A stretch of DNA of 64,000 nucleotides from an uncultured Saprospiraceae bacterium (GCA_964508135.1 CAZDSU010000040.1:5-64004), one strand, 5' to 3'. Positions 47,413 to 57,395 are shown, counted from the first letter of the stretch. Notes: generated by a model from the sequence alone, not told the origin. Made by a program: numbers and translations.

Positions 47413-50241
47413 ATGACAAACGACAAACGCCTTTTCCTCCTCGACGGCCACGCCCTCGTGTACCGGGCGCACTATGCATTCATCACCCGCCCACTCATCA
47501 ACTCCAAGGGCTGGGACACAAGCGCCATTACGGGCTTCGTACGCACCCTCACCGACCTCATCAACAACCAAAAGCCGACGCACTTAGCCGTGAGCTTCGA
47601 CCTGCCGGGCGGCACCTTCCGGGACGATATGTACCCCGCCTACAAGGCCAACCGGGACGCACAGCCGGAGGGCATCACCTTCGGGCTGCCGTGGATTGTG
47701 AAGATACTAAACGCTTGGAAAATCCCCATCCTCACGCTGCCACGTTTCGAGGCTGATGACGTGATAGGAACTATTGCGAAGAAAGCAGAAAAGGCTGGTT
47801 ATCAAGTATATATGGTGACGCCGGACAAAGACTACGGCCAGCTCGTGAGCCCCAACATCTTCATGTACAAGCCCGGCAAGGCGGGCGGCGAGGTAGAGAT
47901 TTGGGGCGAAAAAGAGGTCTGCGCCAACTGGGACATCCAGCACGTGGACCAAGTGGTGGACATCCTCGGTTTGCAAGGCGACGCCGTGGACAACATCCCC
48001 GGCGTGCCTGGCATCGGCCCGAAAACGGCTGCGACGCTACTCAAGGAATTCGGCTCGGTGGAAAACCTGCTCGAAAACGTGGACAAGGTGAAGGGCAAAA
48101 ACCAGGAGAAATTGCGGGATTTTGCGGAGCAAGCCATGCTCTCCAAAAAGCTCGCCCGCATTGATATTGACGCCCCCATCGCCTTCGACGAGGACGACTA
48201 CAACCTCGACCCCTTCGATCGGGAGGAACTGGCGGCATTGTTTAAAGAACTGGAATTCAGGACGCTGGGTGCACAAATACTCGGCGGCGATGGTACGCCG
48301 AATTCGGCACCGAAGCCTGCCGCAAAGCCCGCCGCCGCTGGTGCACAAGGCAATCTTTTCGGCGATACAGAGGAACCCGTTGAACGAAAAAGCGCCGCCC
48401 CGCCCATCCCCGTCCACTCGATGGCGGAGAAGAACGCCGAGAATACCCCGCACACCTACCACCTCACCGATACCCCGGAAAAGCGGGCGGAACTCGTCGG
48501 CATTTTATCCAAAGCAAAAACCATCTCGTTCGATACGGAGACGACGAGCGTGGACCAGATGCTGGCCGAACTGGTGGGCATGTCGTTCAGCGTGACGCCC
48601 TTCGAGGCGTGGTACGTGCCCGTGCCAGCCGACCGGGAGGAGGCTACGAAAATCGCCCAAGAATTCAAGCAAGTGCTTGAAAATGAGGCGATTGAAAAAA
48701 TTGGGCAAAACATCAAATACGACGCCGTGGTGTTCAAAAACTACGGCGTGGAGGTGGCTGGCTATTGGTTCGATACGATGATTGCGCACTACCTCATCGA
48801 GCCGGAACTGCGGCACAACATGAACTACCTCTCCGAAACCTACCTGAAATACCAGCCGATTTCCATCGAATCGCTGATTGGGAAAGGGGCGAAACAACTC
48901 AGCATGAGGGACATCCGGGTGGAGCGGGTGGCCGAGTACGCCGCCGAGGATGCCGACGTGACGCTGCAATTGGGCCATTATTTTCAACCAAAACTAAAGG
49001 AAGAGGGCCTGCAAAAACTCTACGACACGATGGAGCGCCCGCTCATCAAGGTCATCGTGGACATGGAGTACGAGGGCATCCGCATTGACGGTGACGTGCT
49101 GCGGGCGTACTCTGTGGAACTGGCAAAAAGCATCGCCGATTTAGAGTTGAAAATTTACGAAATGGCGGGCTTGCAGTTCAACATTGCCTCGCCCAAGCAG
49201 ATTGGCGAGGTGCTGTTCGACCGCATGAAATTGCCCTACCGCTGGGCAAAAACCAAGACCGGTGCCTACTCCACCGACGAGGCCATCCTAACGGAAATGG
49301 CGGTAGAGCACCCTTTCGTCGCCGAGATTTTGAAGCACCGTGGCCTGTCCAAACTCAAGTCCACCTACGTGGATGCGCTGCCCTTGCAGGTACACCCCCG
49401 CACGGGGCGGGTACACAGTTCGTTCAACCAGGCGCTGGCCGCCACGGGCCGCCTCGCCTCCAACAACCCCAACCTCCAGAACATCCCCATCAAGACGCCG
49501 GAGGGCCGCAAGGTGCGGGAGGCCTTCATCCCACGGGATGAAAACCACCAGCTGCTGAGTGCCGACTACTCGCAAATCGAGCTGCGCATCATCGCCGAAA
49601 TCAGCGGCGACGAGGCCATGATTGAGGCATTCCAGAAGAACCAGGACATACACCGGGCCACGGCAGCCAAGGTCTATGGCGTGCCCTACGAGGAGGTCAC
49701 CGGCGAGCAGCGCCGCAACGCCAAAACGGTCAATTTCAGCATTATTTATGGCGCTGGCGCAACGAACGTTTCACAACAACTCGGCATCAAGCGAGGCGAA
49801 GCTAAAGAACTGATAGACAACTACTTCCGGCAGTACAACGGCCTGAAAAACTACATGGAAAACACCGTGGAAAGCGCACGGGAAACGGGCTTCGTGAAGA
49901 CCCTGCTTGGCCGCCGCCGCTACATCCGTGACATTGACAGCCGCAACTCCCTCGCCCGCTCCAACGCCGAGCGGGTGGCCATCAACACGCCCATCCAAGG
50001 CACGGCTGCCGACCTCATCAAGGTGGCGATGATCAACATTCACCAAGCGCTGATTGACAAAAACCTAGGTACAAAGATGATTTTGCAGGTGCATGACGAA
50101 TTAGTTTTCGATGTGCCGACGGGCGAACTGGAGATAGTGAAGCCCATCATCCACGACCTGATGACGAATGCCATCCCGAACTTGAAGGTGCCGATTTTGG
50201 TGGAGATGGGGGTGGGGAAGAATTGGTTGGAGGCGCATTGA
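47413..50241 (+). CDS. polA: DNA polymerase I
   Basis: 942 aa. It has a 5'-3' exonuclease domain (LLDGHALVYRAHYA), a 3'-5' exonuclease domain (ISFDTETTS) and polymerase motifs A (LLSADYSQIELRI), B (RRNAKTVNFSIIYG) and C (QVHDELVF). Confidence 0.97.
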   Translation: MTNDKRLFLLDGHALVYRAHYAFITRPLINSKGWDTSAITGFVRTLTDLINNQKPTHLAVSFDLPGGTFRDDMYPAYKANRDAQPEGITFGLPWIVKILNAWKIPILTLPRFEADDVIGTIAKKAEKAGYQVYMVTPDKDYGQLVSPNIFMYKPGKAGGEVEIWGEKEVCANWDIQHVDQVVDILGLQGDAVDNIPGVPGIGPKTAATLLKEFGSVENLLENVDKVKGKNQEKLRDFAEQAMLSKKLARIDIDAPIAFDEDDYNLDPFDREELAALFKELEFRTLGAQILGGDGTPNSAPKPAAKPAAAGAQGNLFGDTEEPVERKSAAPPIPVHSMAEKNAENTPHTYHLTDTPEKRAELVGILSKAKTISFDTETTSVDQMLAELVGMSFSVTPFEAWYVPVPADREEATKIAQEFKQVLENEAIEKIGQNIKYDAVVFKNYGVEVAGYWFDTMIAHYLIEPELRHNMNYLSETYLKYQPISIESLIGKGAKQLSMRDIRVERVAEYAAEDADVTLQLGHYFQPKLKEEGLQKLYDTMERPLIKVIVDMEYEGIRIDGDVLRAYSVELAKSIADLELKIYEMAGLQFNIASPKQIGEVLFDRMKLPYRWAKTKTGAYSTDEAILTEMAVEHPFVAEILKHRGLSKLKSTYVDALPLQVHPRTGRVHSSFNQALAATGRLASNNPNLQNIPIKTPEGRKVREAFIPRDENHQLLSADYSQIELRIIAEISGDEAMIEAFQKNQDIHRATAAKVYGVPYEEVTGEQRRNAKTVNFSIIYGAGATNVSQQLGIKRGEAKELIDNYFRQYNGLKNYMENTVESARETGFVKTLLGRRRYIRDIDSRNSLARSNAERVAINTPIQGTAADLIKVAMINIHQALIDKNLGTKMILQVHDELVFDVPTGELEIVKPIIHDLMTNAIPNLKVPILVEMGVGKNWLEAH

Positions 50242-50252
50242 AAATGCCTACA

Positions 50253-50936
50253 TCACCTCGTAATTACCCGCATAAAATCCCACGCCACCAGCAAGGTCTC
50301 CCCCTCAAAATGCAGCCCCGGCGTCAGCCGCTTCTGATGCATCGCCAGTATTTCGGGGTCTTTTTTCAAAAAAGTAAAAATAGTGCGCATCACCTTGAAG
50401 TAACGGCCAAGCTCGTTCACCATTGGTACGTCACGGCTGCCGAGCAGCTCCATCAGCCGCCGGAAGCTGTCGAAATCGAAAGGTAGGTACTGCGTCGGAT
50501 AGCGGAAAGCGAGGTAGATGGACACCATCTGGTAGTTGTCGTGGTGGAAGTGGCTGTTGAGTTTGGAGCCGGGGTGGGCTTCCCGCCAGGCAGCCAGCAA
50601 CTCGTCGGAATGAAACACGAAGCGGCCAACCCGACCGTCCAAGTCCTTGGCCTCGTTGAAAAGGTCTTGAAAAGCATACCGCACGAACTCCCGGTCCATT
50701 TCGATGAACTTGAGCATCATCTCCTTCGGCTCGTAATGTTCCCGCTTCCAGAGGCGGCGAGAGCGGGAGTTTTCCAGACTGCGGTCGTACATCGTGCGGA
50801 AGTCCAGCGCCTCCACGTCCCAGTTTTCCTGAAAAATGCGCTGCGACTCCCACGGCAGGTAGGGGTCGTGCCGTGGGTTTTTGCGAAGAAAATTGGCGTA
50901 TTGCCCAATGGCATCGTTGAGTTTTTGCAGATTCAT
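50253..50936 (-). CDS. Hypothetical protein
   Basis: 227-aa soluble-looking ORF, convergent with polA with an 11-bp gap. I recognise no motif with confidence. Confidence 0.5.
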   Translation of the reverse strand: MNLQKLNDAIGQYANFLRKNPRHDPYLPWESQRIFQENWDVEALDFRTMYDRSLENSRSRRLWKREHYEPKEMMLKFIEMDREFVRYAFQDLFNEAKDLDGRVGRFVFHSDELLAAWREAHPGSKLNSHFHHDNYQMVSIYLAFRYPTQYLPFDFDSFRRLMELLGSRDVPMVNELGRYFKVMRTIFTFLKKDPEILAMHQKRLTPGLHFEGETLLVAWDFMRVITR

Positions 50937-51042
50937 ACCGGTAATTTCATGCAGTTTTTTCCCTCAAAACAAATGGAAGTACATTTGTCAGAAAAAATCA
51001 TCAAAAACTTGGCGGCGAAGCTACATATTTGCGGAAGTGGAC

Positions 51043-51103
51043 GGTTTGGTTTCAGGTTTAAAGTTTCAGGGTAGGCCCTGTCTGAAACCTGAAACCCAAA
51101 ACC
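51043..51103. repeat. Inverted array of GTTTCAGG words
   Basis: The left arm is ggtttggtttcaggtttaaagtttcaggg (51043-51071). The right arm is ccctgtctgaaacctgaaacccaaaacc (51076-51103). It lies in the divergent spacer upstream of the phosphoesterase gene. Confidence 0.8.
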
Positions 51104-51121
51104 TGGAACCGCTTAAACAGC

Positions 51122-51871
51122 ATGAAACTTATTCAAATCACTGACCTGCACGTTGCGAGCGAGGGCGAGTTCACCCATGGTGTGGACGTGCGGCAGAATT
51201 TTTTGGATATACTGCAAGCGGCCAAATCCTTCTCTCCAGACTACCTCATCCTCTCCGGCGACCTTGCCTACGAAACCGCCAACGAACAGGTTTATCGGTG
51301 GATGAAGTCGCAGCTTGATGACCTCGGCATCCCCTACGCCCCCATTGGTGGCAATCACGACAATTCTGCGCTGTTGGCGCGGGTTTTCGGGTTGGAACAC
51401 CTGCTCACCGACGGCAACCTTTACTACAAACTGCCCCTGCCTGAGCATACCCTGCTGCTGCTCGAAACATCCAATGGCACGATCACCGAGGCGCAACTGG
51501 TGTGGCTAGCCAATGAGTTGGCGCAACTAGACGCACCCGCCGTCATCTTCATGCACCACCCGCCGGTGGAAGGCGGTGTGCCCTACATGGACGTTAATTA
51601 TCCGCTTCGCAATATGGCCGATGTGCAGGAGGTATTGTACCAACACCCATTTCCTGTGTACATTTTCTGCGGGCATTACCATGTTGAAAAAATGCTTTGC
51701 GTAAAAAACCTTGTGGTGCACATCACACCAACCACCTACTTCCAGATGAAATGGCAACAACCAGGGTTCCTGCTCGACCACCTCAGAATCGGCCTGCGGG
51801 AAATCAACCTACGGCCCGATGGCGTAGTGGAAAGTGCGGTAGTTTACTACGATGGGAATAAAACGGAGTGA
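51122..51871 (+). CDS. Metallophosphoesterase (CpdA-like cyclic nucleotide phosphodiesterase family)
   Basis: 249 aa with the calcineurin-like motifs ITDLHV, SGDLA, GNHD, FMHHPP and GHYH. Confidence 0.8.
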   Translation: MKLIQITDLHVASEGEFTHGVDVRQNFLDILQAAKSFSPDYLILSGDLAYETANEQVYRWMKSQLDDLGIPYAPIGGNHDNSALLARVFGLEHLLTDGNLYYKLPLPEHTLLLLETSNGTITEAQLVWLANELAQLDAPAVIFMHHPPVEGGVPYMDVNYPLRNMADVQEVLYQHPFPVYIFCGHYHVEKMLCVKNLVVHITPTTYFQMKWQQPGFLLDHLRIGLREINLRPDGVVESAVVYYDGNKTE

Positions 51872-51902
51872 TTGTTTGATTGTTAAATTGCTTGATTGTT
51901 GG
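51870..51902. repeat. Left arm of the inverted repeat enclosing the four-helix-bundle gene
   Basis: The reverse complement of gattgtttgattgttaaattgcttgattgttgg matches 52298-52328 at about 29 of 31 positions. The arm overlaps the phosphoesterase stop codon. Confidence 0.8.
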
Positions 51903-51919
51903 ACTGCAAAACAACTACT

Positions 51920-52300
51920 ATGGGAGAGAAAAACTACCTCAAGCTCAACGATATTGATGCCTATAAAACAGCTTTTCACCTTTCGAATTATGTTTGGGAC
52001 CTGGTTGCACCGTGGGATTTTTTCGCAAAGAAGACAATAGGCGCTCAGTTTGTAGATGCTGCCGATTCCATTTCAGCAAATATTGCAGAGGGTTTTGGAA
52101 GGTGGAACAAGAAAGACAAGGTCAAATTTTACAGATACAGTCAAGGCTCTCGGAAGGAATGTTATGACTGGAACGAAAAGGCTCGTTACAGAAAATTGGT
52201 TACAGAAGAGCAATACGACCATATTTTTCAAGAACTGGAAAAGCTGGGCCCCGCCATTTCAAGGCTCATAAAATTTACCAATGAAAAACTGTCCCAATAA
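51920..52300 (+). CDS. Four-helix-bundle protein (23S rRNA intervening-sequence protein / Avd-like family)
   Basis: The ORF is 51896..52300, and I take the start at ATG 51920. AYKTAFHLSNYVWDLV...AADSISANIAEGFGR...KVKFYRYSQGSRKECYDW is the signature of the TIGR02436/PF05635-type family as I recall it. The gene is AT-rich compared with its neighbours. Confidence 0.8.
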   Translation: MGEKNYLKLNDIDAYKTAFHLSNYVWDLVAPWDFFAKKTIGAQFVDAADSISANIAEGFGRWNKKDKVKFYRYSQGSRKECYDWNEKARYRKLVTEEQYDHIFQELEKLGPAISRLIKFTNEKLSQ

Positions 52301-52328
52301 CAATCAAGCAATCTAACAATCAAGCAAT
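52294..52328. repeat. Right arm of the inverted repeat enclosing the four-helix-bundle gene
   Basis: The arm is ccaataacaatcaagcaatctaacaatcaagcaat. It overlaps the stop codon of the enclosed gene and ends 3 nt before the aminotransferase ATG. Confidence 0.8.
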
Positions 52329-52331
52329 AAA

Positions 52332-53474
52332 ATGCTTCTATCCTCCAAACTGCCGGGCGTCGGCGCCTCCATTTTCACCGTCATGTCGGCCATGGCCAAC
52401 GAGCACGGAGCCATCAACCTGGCGCAGGGCTTCCCTGATTTCGACTGCTCCGACCACCTCAAGGGGTTGGTGGACAAGTACATTCGACAGGGCTTCAACC
52501 AGTACGCACCCATGCCCGGTGTGCCTGCGCTCCGCAAAATCATGGCCGAAAAAATCAAGTCGCTATACGGCCTGACGGTGAACCCCGAAACGGAAATTAC
52601 CATCACCAGCGGGGCGACCCAAGCGCTCTACAGCGCCATTTCGACGTTCATCCGCCCAGATGACGAGGCGATTCTGGTCGAACCGGCCTACGACTGCTAC
52701 CGCCCCGCCATCCAGGTGAACGGAGGCAGGCCTGTCCTCTACGAGATGACCGCCCCCGACTACGCCGTTGACTGGCGGATGCTCGAACGCCTCATCACCT
52801 GGAAGACCCGCATGATTGTCATCAACACCCCGCACAACCCGACTGGCAGAACTTTGAAAGAAGCCGACTGGAAGGAACTGCAACACCTCGCCGTCAACCG
52901 GGATATCATCGTGCTTTGCGACGAAGCCTACGAGCACCTCGTCTTCGATGGCGAGCGGCACGAGAGCCTGCTTCGCTACCCGAAGATATTCGAGCGGGGC
53001 ATGGCGGTCTTTTCCTTCGGTAAAACGCTGCACACCACAGGCTGGAAGCTCGGCTGCATCGTGGCGCCGCCCGATCTTACGAAGGAGTTCCGAAAGGTGC
53101 ACCAGTTCAATGTCTTTGCCGTCAACACGCCGATGCAACACGCCGTGGCCGAGTACTTTGAACAGCCGAAGGAGTACTTGGCGCTAAACGATTTCTTTGA
53201 AAAAAAACGGGACTTCCTGCTCAATGCCATGTCGGGGTCGAGGTTCAAACCGTTGCACAGCGAAGGGTCGTACTTTCAGCTTTACGACTACTCGGCCATC
53301 AGCGACGAGCCGGACACGGATTTTGTGAAACGACTAATCCTGGAGCACGGGGTGGCGGCTATTCCAGTTTCCGTTTTTTACAGCAGCCACAAGCAGGAGC
53401 GGGTTATCCGGCTTTGCTTCGCAAAAAAAGAGGAAACATTGGCCAAGGCCGCTGCGCTTTTGAGCAAGATATAA
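52332..53474 (+). CDS. PLP-dependent aminotransferase, class I/II (YbdL/methionine-aminotransferase-like)
   Basis: 380 aa with INLAQGFPDF, QYAPMPG, INTPHNPTG and the PLP lysine context VFSFGKTLHTTGWKLG. Confidence 0.87.
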   Translation: MLLSSKLPGVGASIFTVMSAMANEHGAINLAQGFPDFDCSDHLKGLVDKYIRQGFNQYAPMPGVPALRKIMAEKIKSLYGLTVNPETEITITSGATQALYSAISTFIRPDDEAILVEPAYDCYRPAIQVNGGRPVLYEMTAPDYAVDWRMLERLITWKTRMIVINTPHNPTGRTLKEADWKELQHLAVNRDIIVLCDEAYEHLVFDGERHESLLRYPKIFERGMAVFSFGKTLHTTGWKLGCIVAPPDLTKEFRKVHQFNVFAVNTPMQHAVAEYFEQPKEYLALNDFFEKKRDFLLNAMSGSRFKPLHSEGSYFQLYDYSAISDEPDTDFVKRLILEHGVAAIPVSVFYSSHKQERVIRLCFAKKEETLAKAAALLSKI

Positions 53475-53491
53475 TCGGTACTTAAATTCAA

Positions 53492-53499
53492 TAGCTTTG
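53492..53499 (+). promoter_or_regulatory. Candidate -7 promoter box for fadD
   Basis: tagctttg lies 56 nt upstream of ATG 53556. Confidence 0.35.
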
Positions 53500-53555
53500 T
53501 GCAAAGACCAAACTTTGTAATTTTAGCCCAATCCAATTTTTAAATTTAAACAATT

Positions 53556-55214
53556 ATGACTGAGCAAAGACCTTGGCTGAAAAATTATCCGAAGGGAGTG
53601 CCCGCCAATATTGACGAAAGCGCCTACCCCTCGCTGGTGGCTCTTTTGGACGATACCTTCAAAAAATTCTCGGACAAAAAGGCTTTCGCCTGTATGGGAA
53701 AAGCAATGACCTATGCACAGGTTGACCGCTACTCCACCCAGTTTGGCGCATACCTGCACTCCCGGGGATTGGAGCCTGGTGACAAGATAGCCCTGATGAT
53801 GCCCAACCTCTTGCAGTATCCCATAGCCCTGTTCGGCTGTATGCGGGCCGGGCTGGTCATCGTCAACACCAACCCACTGTACACCCCTCGGGAGATGCGC
53901 CACCAGTTCACTGATTCTGGCGTGAAGGCCATCGTGATTTGCGAAAACTTTGCCGCCAACCTGCAGGAGGTGCTTCCCGACACGCAAATCAAAACTATCA
54001 TCGTCACCAGTATCGGCGAGATGCTGGGGTGCAAGGGCATCTTCGTGAACTTTGCGGTGCGCTACATCAAGCGCATGGTGCCAGACTTCTCTTTGCCCAA
54101 TACCGTCACCTTTACCAATGCTTTGGCGCAAGGCAAACAATTTACCATCAAGCAGTTCCAGCACAACCCAGAAGATGTGGTATGCCTGCAATACACGGGT
54201 GGCACCACTGGCGTGGCCAAGGGGGCCATGCTCACCAACCGCAACCTCGTGGCCAACATGATGCAGATCAGGGCTTGGATTGCGCCCTCCGGCATGGGAG
54301 AGAACGAGGTCGGCCTGTCACCGCTACCGCTGTACCACATCTTCGCCTTTTCGGTCAATTGCTTGGCGCTGTTCAGCCTTGGCGCACTCACGGTGCTGGT
54401 GGTCAATGCCCGTGACCTGCCCTCGGTGATGAAGGAGTTCAAGAACTACAAAGTGACCATCATGACAGGGGTTAACACCCTGTTCAATGCCTTGCTCAAC
54501 CACCCCGATTTTGCTTCGCTCGACTTCAGTGCCCTGCGGTTTGCACTTGGCGGTGGCATGGCCGTGCAAAAGGCGGTGGCCGAAAAATGGCGCAAGGTGA
54601 CTGGTGTCCCGCTCGTTGAGGGCTTCGGCATGACCGAGTCCTCGCCTGTTGCCAGTGTGAACCCACTCGATGGCGCTGGCCGTCTGGGCTGCATCGGTCT
54701 GCCCGTGCCCTCTACCGACATGCGCATCGTGGACGATGCCGGAAACCCATTGCCGCAAGGCGAAACTGGCGAAATACAAATCAAAGGCCCACAAGTGATG
54801 AAGGGCTACTACAACCGCCCGGACGCCACCGCCCAAACCATCAAGGACGGGTGGCTCTGCACCGGTGACATCGGACTGATGCACCCGGACGGCTACTTCC
54901 AAATCGTTGACCGCAAAAAGGACATGATACTCGTATCGGGCTTCAATGTTTATCCCAACGAAATCGAGGACGTGGTGATGGAGCACCCGAAGGTGCTGGA
55001 GTGTGCCGCCATCGGCGTTCCCGACGAGAAATCGGGCGAGGTGGTGAAGATTTTTGTGGTAAAAAAAGACCAATCACTGACCGAAAAGGAAGTGTTGGAG
55101 CATTGCCGAGAGGGGCTTACTGGCTATAAAATACCGAGATCGGTGGAGTTCAGAAAGGAGCTGCCGAAGACGAACGTGGGAAAGATTTTGAGGAGGAAGT
55201 TGCGGGAAGAGTAG
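53556..55214 (+). CDS. fadD: Long-chain fatty acid-CoA ligase
   Basis: 552 aa with the AMP-binding motif LQYTGGTTGVAKGAMLTNRNL, GFGMTE, TGDIG and the C-terminal lysine context PKTNVGKILRR. Confidence 0.9.
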   Translation: MTEQRPWLKNYPKGVPANIDESAYPSLVALLDDTFKKFSDKKAFACMGKAMTYAQVDRYSTQFGAYLHSRGLEPGDKIALMMPNLLQYPIALFGCMRAGLVIVNTNPLYTPREMRHQFTDSGVKAIVICENFAANLQEVLPDTQIKTIIVTSIGEMLGCKGIFVNFAVRYIKRMVPDFSLPNTVTFTNALAQGKQFTIKQFQHNPEDVVCLQYTGGTTGVAKGAMLTNRNLVANMMQIRAWIAPSGMGENEVGLSPLPLYHIFAFSVNCLALFSLGALTVLVVNARDLPSVMKEFKNYKVTIMTGVNTLFNALLNHPDFASLDFSALRFALGGGMAVQKAVAEKWRKVTGVPLVEGFGMTESSPVASVNPLDGAGRLGCIGLPVPSTDMRIVDDAGNPLPQGETGEIQIKGPQVMKGYYNRPDATAQTIKDGWLCTGDIGLMHPDGYFQIVDRKKDMILVSGFNVYPNEIEDVVMEHPKVLECAAIGVPDEKSGEVVKIFVVKKDQSLTEKEVLEHCREGLTGYKIPRSVEFRKELPKTNVGKILRRKLREE

Positions 55215-55258
55215 GGGTAAAAAGAAGTTTCGAGGGACAAGTTTTGAGTTAAAAAAAA

Positions 55259-55289
55259 GGCGGCTGGGCACATGCCCGCCGCCTTTTTT
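55259..55289. terminator. Bidirectional intrinsic terminator between fadD and rny
   Basis: An A8 run is followed by the stem ggcggctgggca-ca-tgcccgccgcc and then a T6 run. The genes on both sides converge on it. Confidence 0.72.
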
Positions 55290-55308
55290 ATGCTTATAAT
55301 TTCAGGAT

Positions 55309-56958
55309 TTAACGTGCGAACTGCACCGCCCGCTTCTCCCGGATCACGGTCACTTTGATTTGTCCTGGGTACTGCATTTCCCCTTGGATTTTCTGTGAAA
55401 TCATGAAGGCAAGGTCGTCGGCATAGGCATCGGTGACCTTCTCGGCTTCCACGATAACCCTTAGCTCACGGCCAGCCTGCATGGCATAAGCCTTGGAGAC
55501 GCCTTCGTGCGCCATGGCGATTTCTTCGAGTTCGCCGATGCGCTTGAGGTAGCTTTCGAGGATTTCACGGCGGGCACCTGGGCGGGCACCTGAGATGGCG
55601 TCGCAAGCCTGCACGAGTGGTGAGATGATGTTGTTCATCTCGATTTCGTCGTGGTGAGCACCCACGGCGTTGCAAATGGCCTCTATCTCGCCGTGTTTCT
55701 CACAAATATGCATACCGACAATGGCGTGGGAAAGCTCGGTTTCCTCCTCTGCCACCTTCCCGATGTCGTGCAACAGGCCGGCCCGTTTTGCCAATTTTGC
55801 CTGTTTTGGGTTGAGGCCAAGCTCGGCAGCCATGATGCCGCAAAGGTTAGCGGTCTCAATGGAGTGCTTGAGCAGGTTCTGACCATAGGAGGAGCGAAAG
55901 CGCATCCGACCGACCATTTTTATCAGGTAGGCGTTGAGGCCGTGAACACCAAGCTCGATGACCGTGCGCTCGCCGATTTCCACGATTTGCTCATCCAACT
56001 GCTTGCGGGTCTTGGCCACCACCTCCTCGATACGGGCAGGGTGGATACGGCCGTCGGTCACGAGTTTTTTAAGTGCAAGGCGAGCGACTTCCCGGCGAAT
56101 CGGGTCGAAGCTGGAAATGACGATGGCCTCTGGCGTATCGTCCACCACGATTTCAGCCCCGGTAGCTGCCTCGAGTGCTCGAATGTTCCGGCCTTCCCGA
56201 CCGATGATTTGCCCCTTCATGTCGTCGGAGTCGAGCGGGAACACCGATACGGTGTTCTCGATGGTGTACTCCGAGGCCATGCGCTGGATGGTGGCGATGA
56301 TGATTTTCTTGGATTCTTTGGCAGCGTCCAATTTGGCTTGGGTGATGGTATCTTTCACGAGAGCCATCGCTTCGGTCTCAGCCTTGCCCTTGATGGCCCG
56401 GAGGAGTTCTTCCTTGGCCTCGCCCTGGGTTAGCCTGGAGATACCTTCGAGTGCCTTGATGCGCTCTTCGTTGGCGGCTTCAAGTTCTTCCTTCCGTTTG
56501 GCCACGATTTTGAGCTGCTTGTCAAGATTTTCCCGGACAGTGGCTATTTCCGCTACTTTTTGGTCATAGTCGGCGTCCCGGGTGTCCAGTTCCTTGATGC
56601 GGTCTTTGAGCTTGTCTTCCTTCAATTGGAGGTCTTTCTCAAGGCCCCGGATTTCCAGTTCCCGCTCTTTGACGGAGACCATTTTTTCAGCTTTTTCCTT
56701 GTCAAAATCGGCCCGCATGGCGTTGAAGCGGTCTTTTGCCTCTTGCACTTTGCGTTGTTTGATGGTTTCGTTCTTCGATTCCGCCTCGTCGAGGATTCGC
56801 TTGGCGGTGTCCTGTGCTTTCTTGATTTCTTGGTCGGTCTTTGAATTTACTTCGTCAAGTAGCGTCTGCTTCTTGCTTTTCATGGTAGCCTGGATGATAA
56901 AATACCCAGCGACCAGCCCGACGACTAGCCCAATGGCCAGTCCGATTCCTATTTCCAT
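55309..56958 (-). CDS. rny: Ribonuclease Y
   Basis: 549 aa. It has an N-terminal TM helix, a long coiled coil, a KH domain (GQIIGREGRNIRALE) and an HD domain (LLHDIGK...GAHHD). Confidence 0.93.
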   Translation of the reverse strand: MEIGIGLAIGLVVGLVAGYFIIQATMKSKKQTLLDEVNSKTDQEIKKAQDTAKRILDEAESKNETIKQRKVQEAKDRFNAMRADFDKEKAEKMVSVKERELEIRGLEKDLQLKEDKLKDRIKELDTRDADYDQKVAEIATVRENLDKQLKIVAKRKEELEAANEERIKALEGISRLTQGEAKEELLRAIKGKAETEAMALVKDTITQAKLDAAKESKKIIIATIQRMASEYTIENTVSVFPLDSDDMKGQIIGREGRNIRALEAATGAEIVVDDTPEAIVISSFDPIRREVARLALKKLVTDGRIHPARIEEVVAKTRKQLDEQIVEIGERTVIELGVHGLNAYLIKMVGRMRFRSSYGQNLLKHSIETANLCGIMAAELGLNPKQAKLAKRAGLLHDIGKVAEEETELSHAIVGMHICEKHGEIEAICNAVGAHHDEIEMNNIISPLVQACDAISGARPGARREILESYLKRIGELEEIAMAHEGVSKAYAMQAGRELRVIVEAEKVTDAYADDLAFMISQKIQGEMQYPGQIKVTVIREKRAVQFAR

Positions 56959-57098
56959 GATGTCAAAAGGTTAAAATGGTAACATGGTTGCGTGGTTTTC
57001 CGGCCTAAACTTCCGTAGTGCTTTTCGCTGAAATGCGAGCGCCACGCAGCTATTTGGCCAGCCAGCCATTTAACCAAAAAATATAACAGCAGGAAAAC

Positions 57099-57395
57099 TC
57101 AGGTCGTCGCTTCGTCCAAAAGCGATTCAATGCGGGAAAGTTTGTCGGAAAGGTCTGGTGAAGAAGCAGTCGTCTGGCTTGTGGCTTTGTGCAAATCCAC
57201 CGCGTAGGCCAAGAGCGCCATGGCAAGGCAGTCCTGTTTTTCACGGTTGGCATAGGTCAACTGGAACTTGTTCACTTTTTCGTTGACCTCTTTCACTATC
57301 TGGCGGATGACAGGCTCGTCATTCGCCTTTATTTTCAAAGGATATGGTCGCCCCGCAATCGTCACGGTCAGTTGTTTGCTATCTTGTTCTTCCAT
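57099..57395 (-). CDS. zapA: Cell division protein ZapA
   Basis: 98 aa. LTVTIAGRPYPLKIKANDEPVIRQIVKEVNEKV...DCLAMALLAYAVDL fits the ZapA pattern. The position next to rny/pheT is common in Bacteroidota. Confidence 0.75.
   Translation of the reverse strand: MEEQDSKQLTVTIAGRPYPLKIKANDEPVIRQIVKEVNEKVNKFQLTYANREKQDCLAMALLAYAVDLHKATSQTTASSPDLSDKLSRIESLLDEATT

Noticed and set aside
51920-52300. Four-helix-bundle gene considered as the Avd component of a diversity-generating retroelement
   Set aside because: No reverse transcriptase gene and no template/variable repeat pair exist in the flanking 10 kb. It is a stand-alone copy.
56959-57098. 140-nt structured spacer between zapA and rny considered as 6S RNA, because ssrS follows zapA in E. 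coli
   Set aside because: It is too short for a typical ~180-nt 6S RNA. I could not see the long closing stem and central bubble architecture. It is more simply the rny 5' leader (a gcgtgg...ccacgc stem is present). An Rfam scan would settle it.
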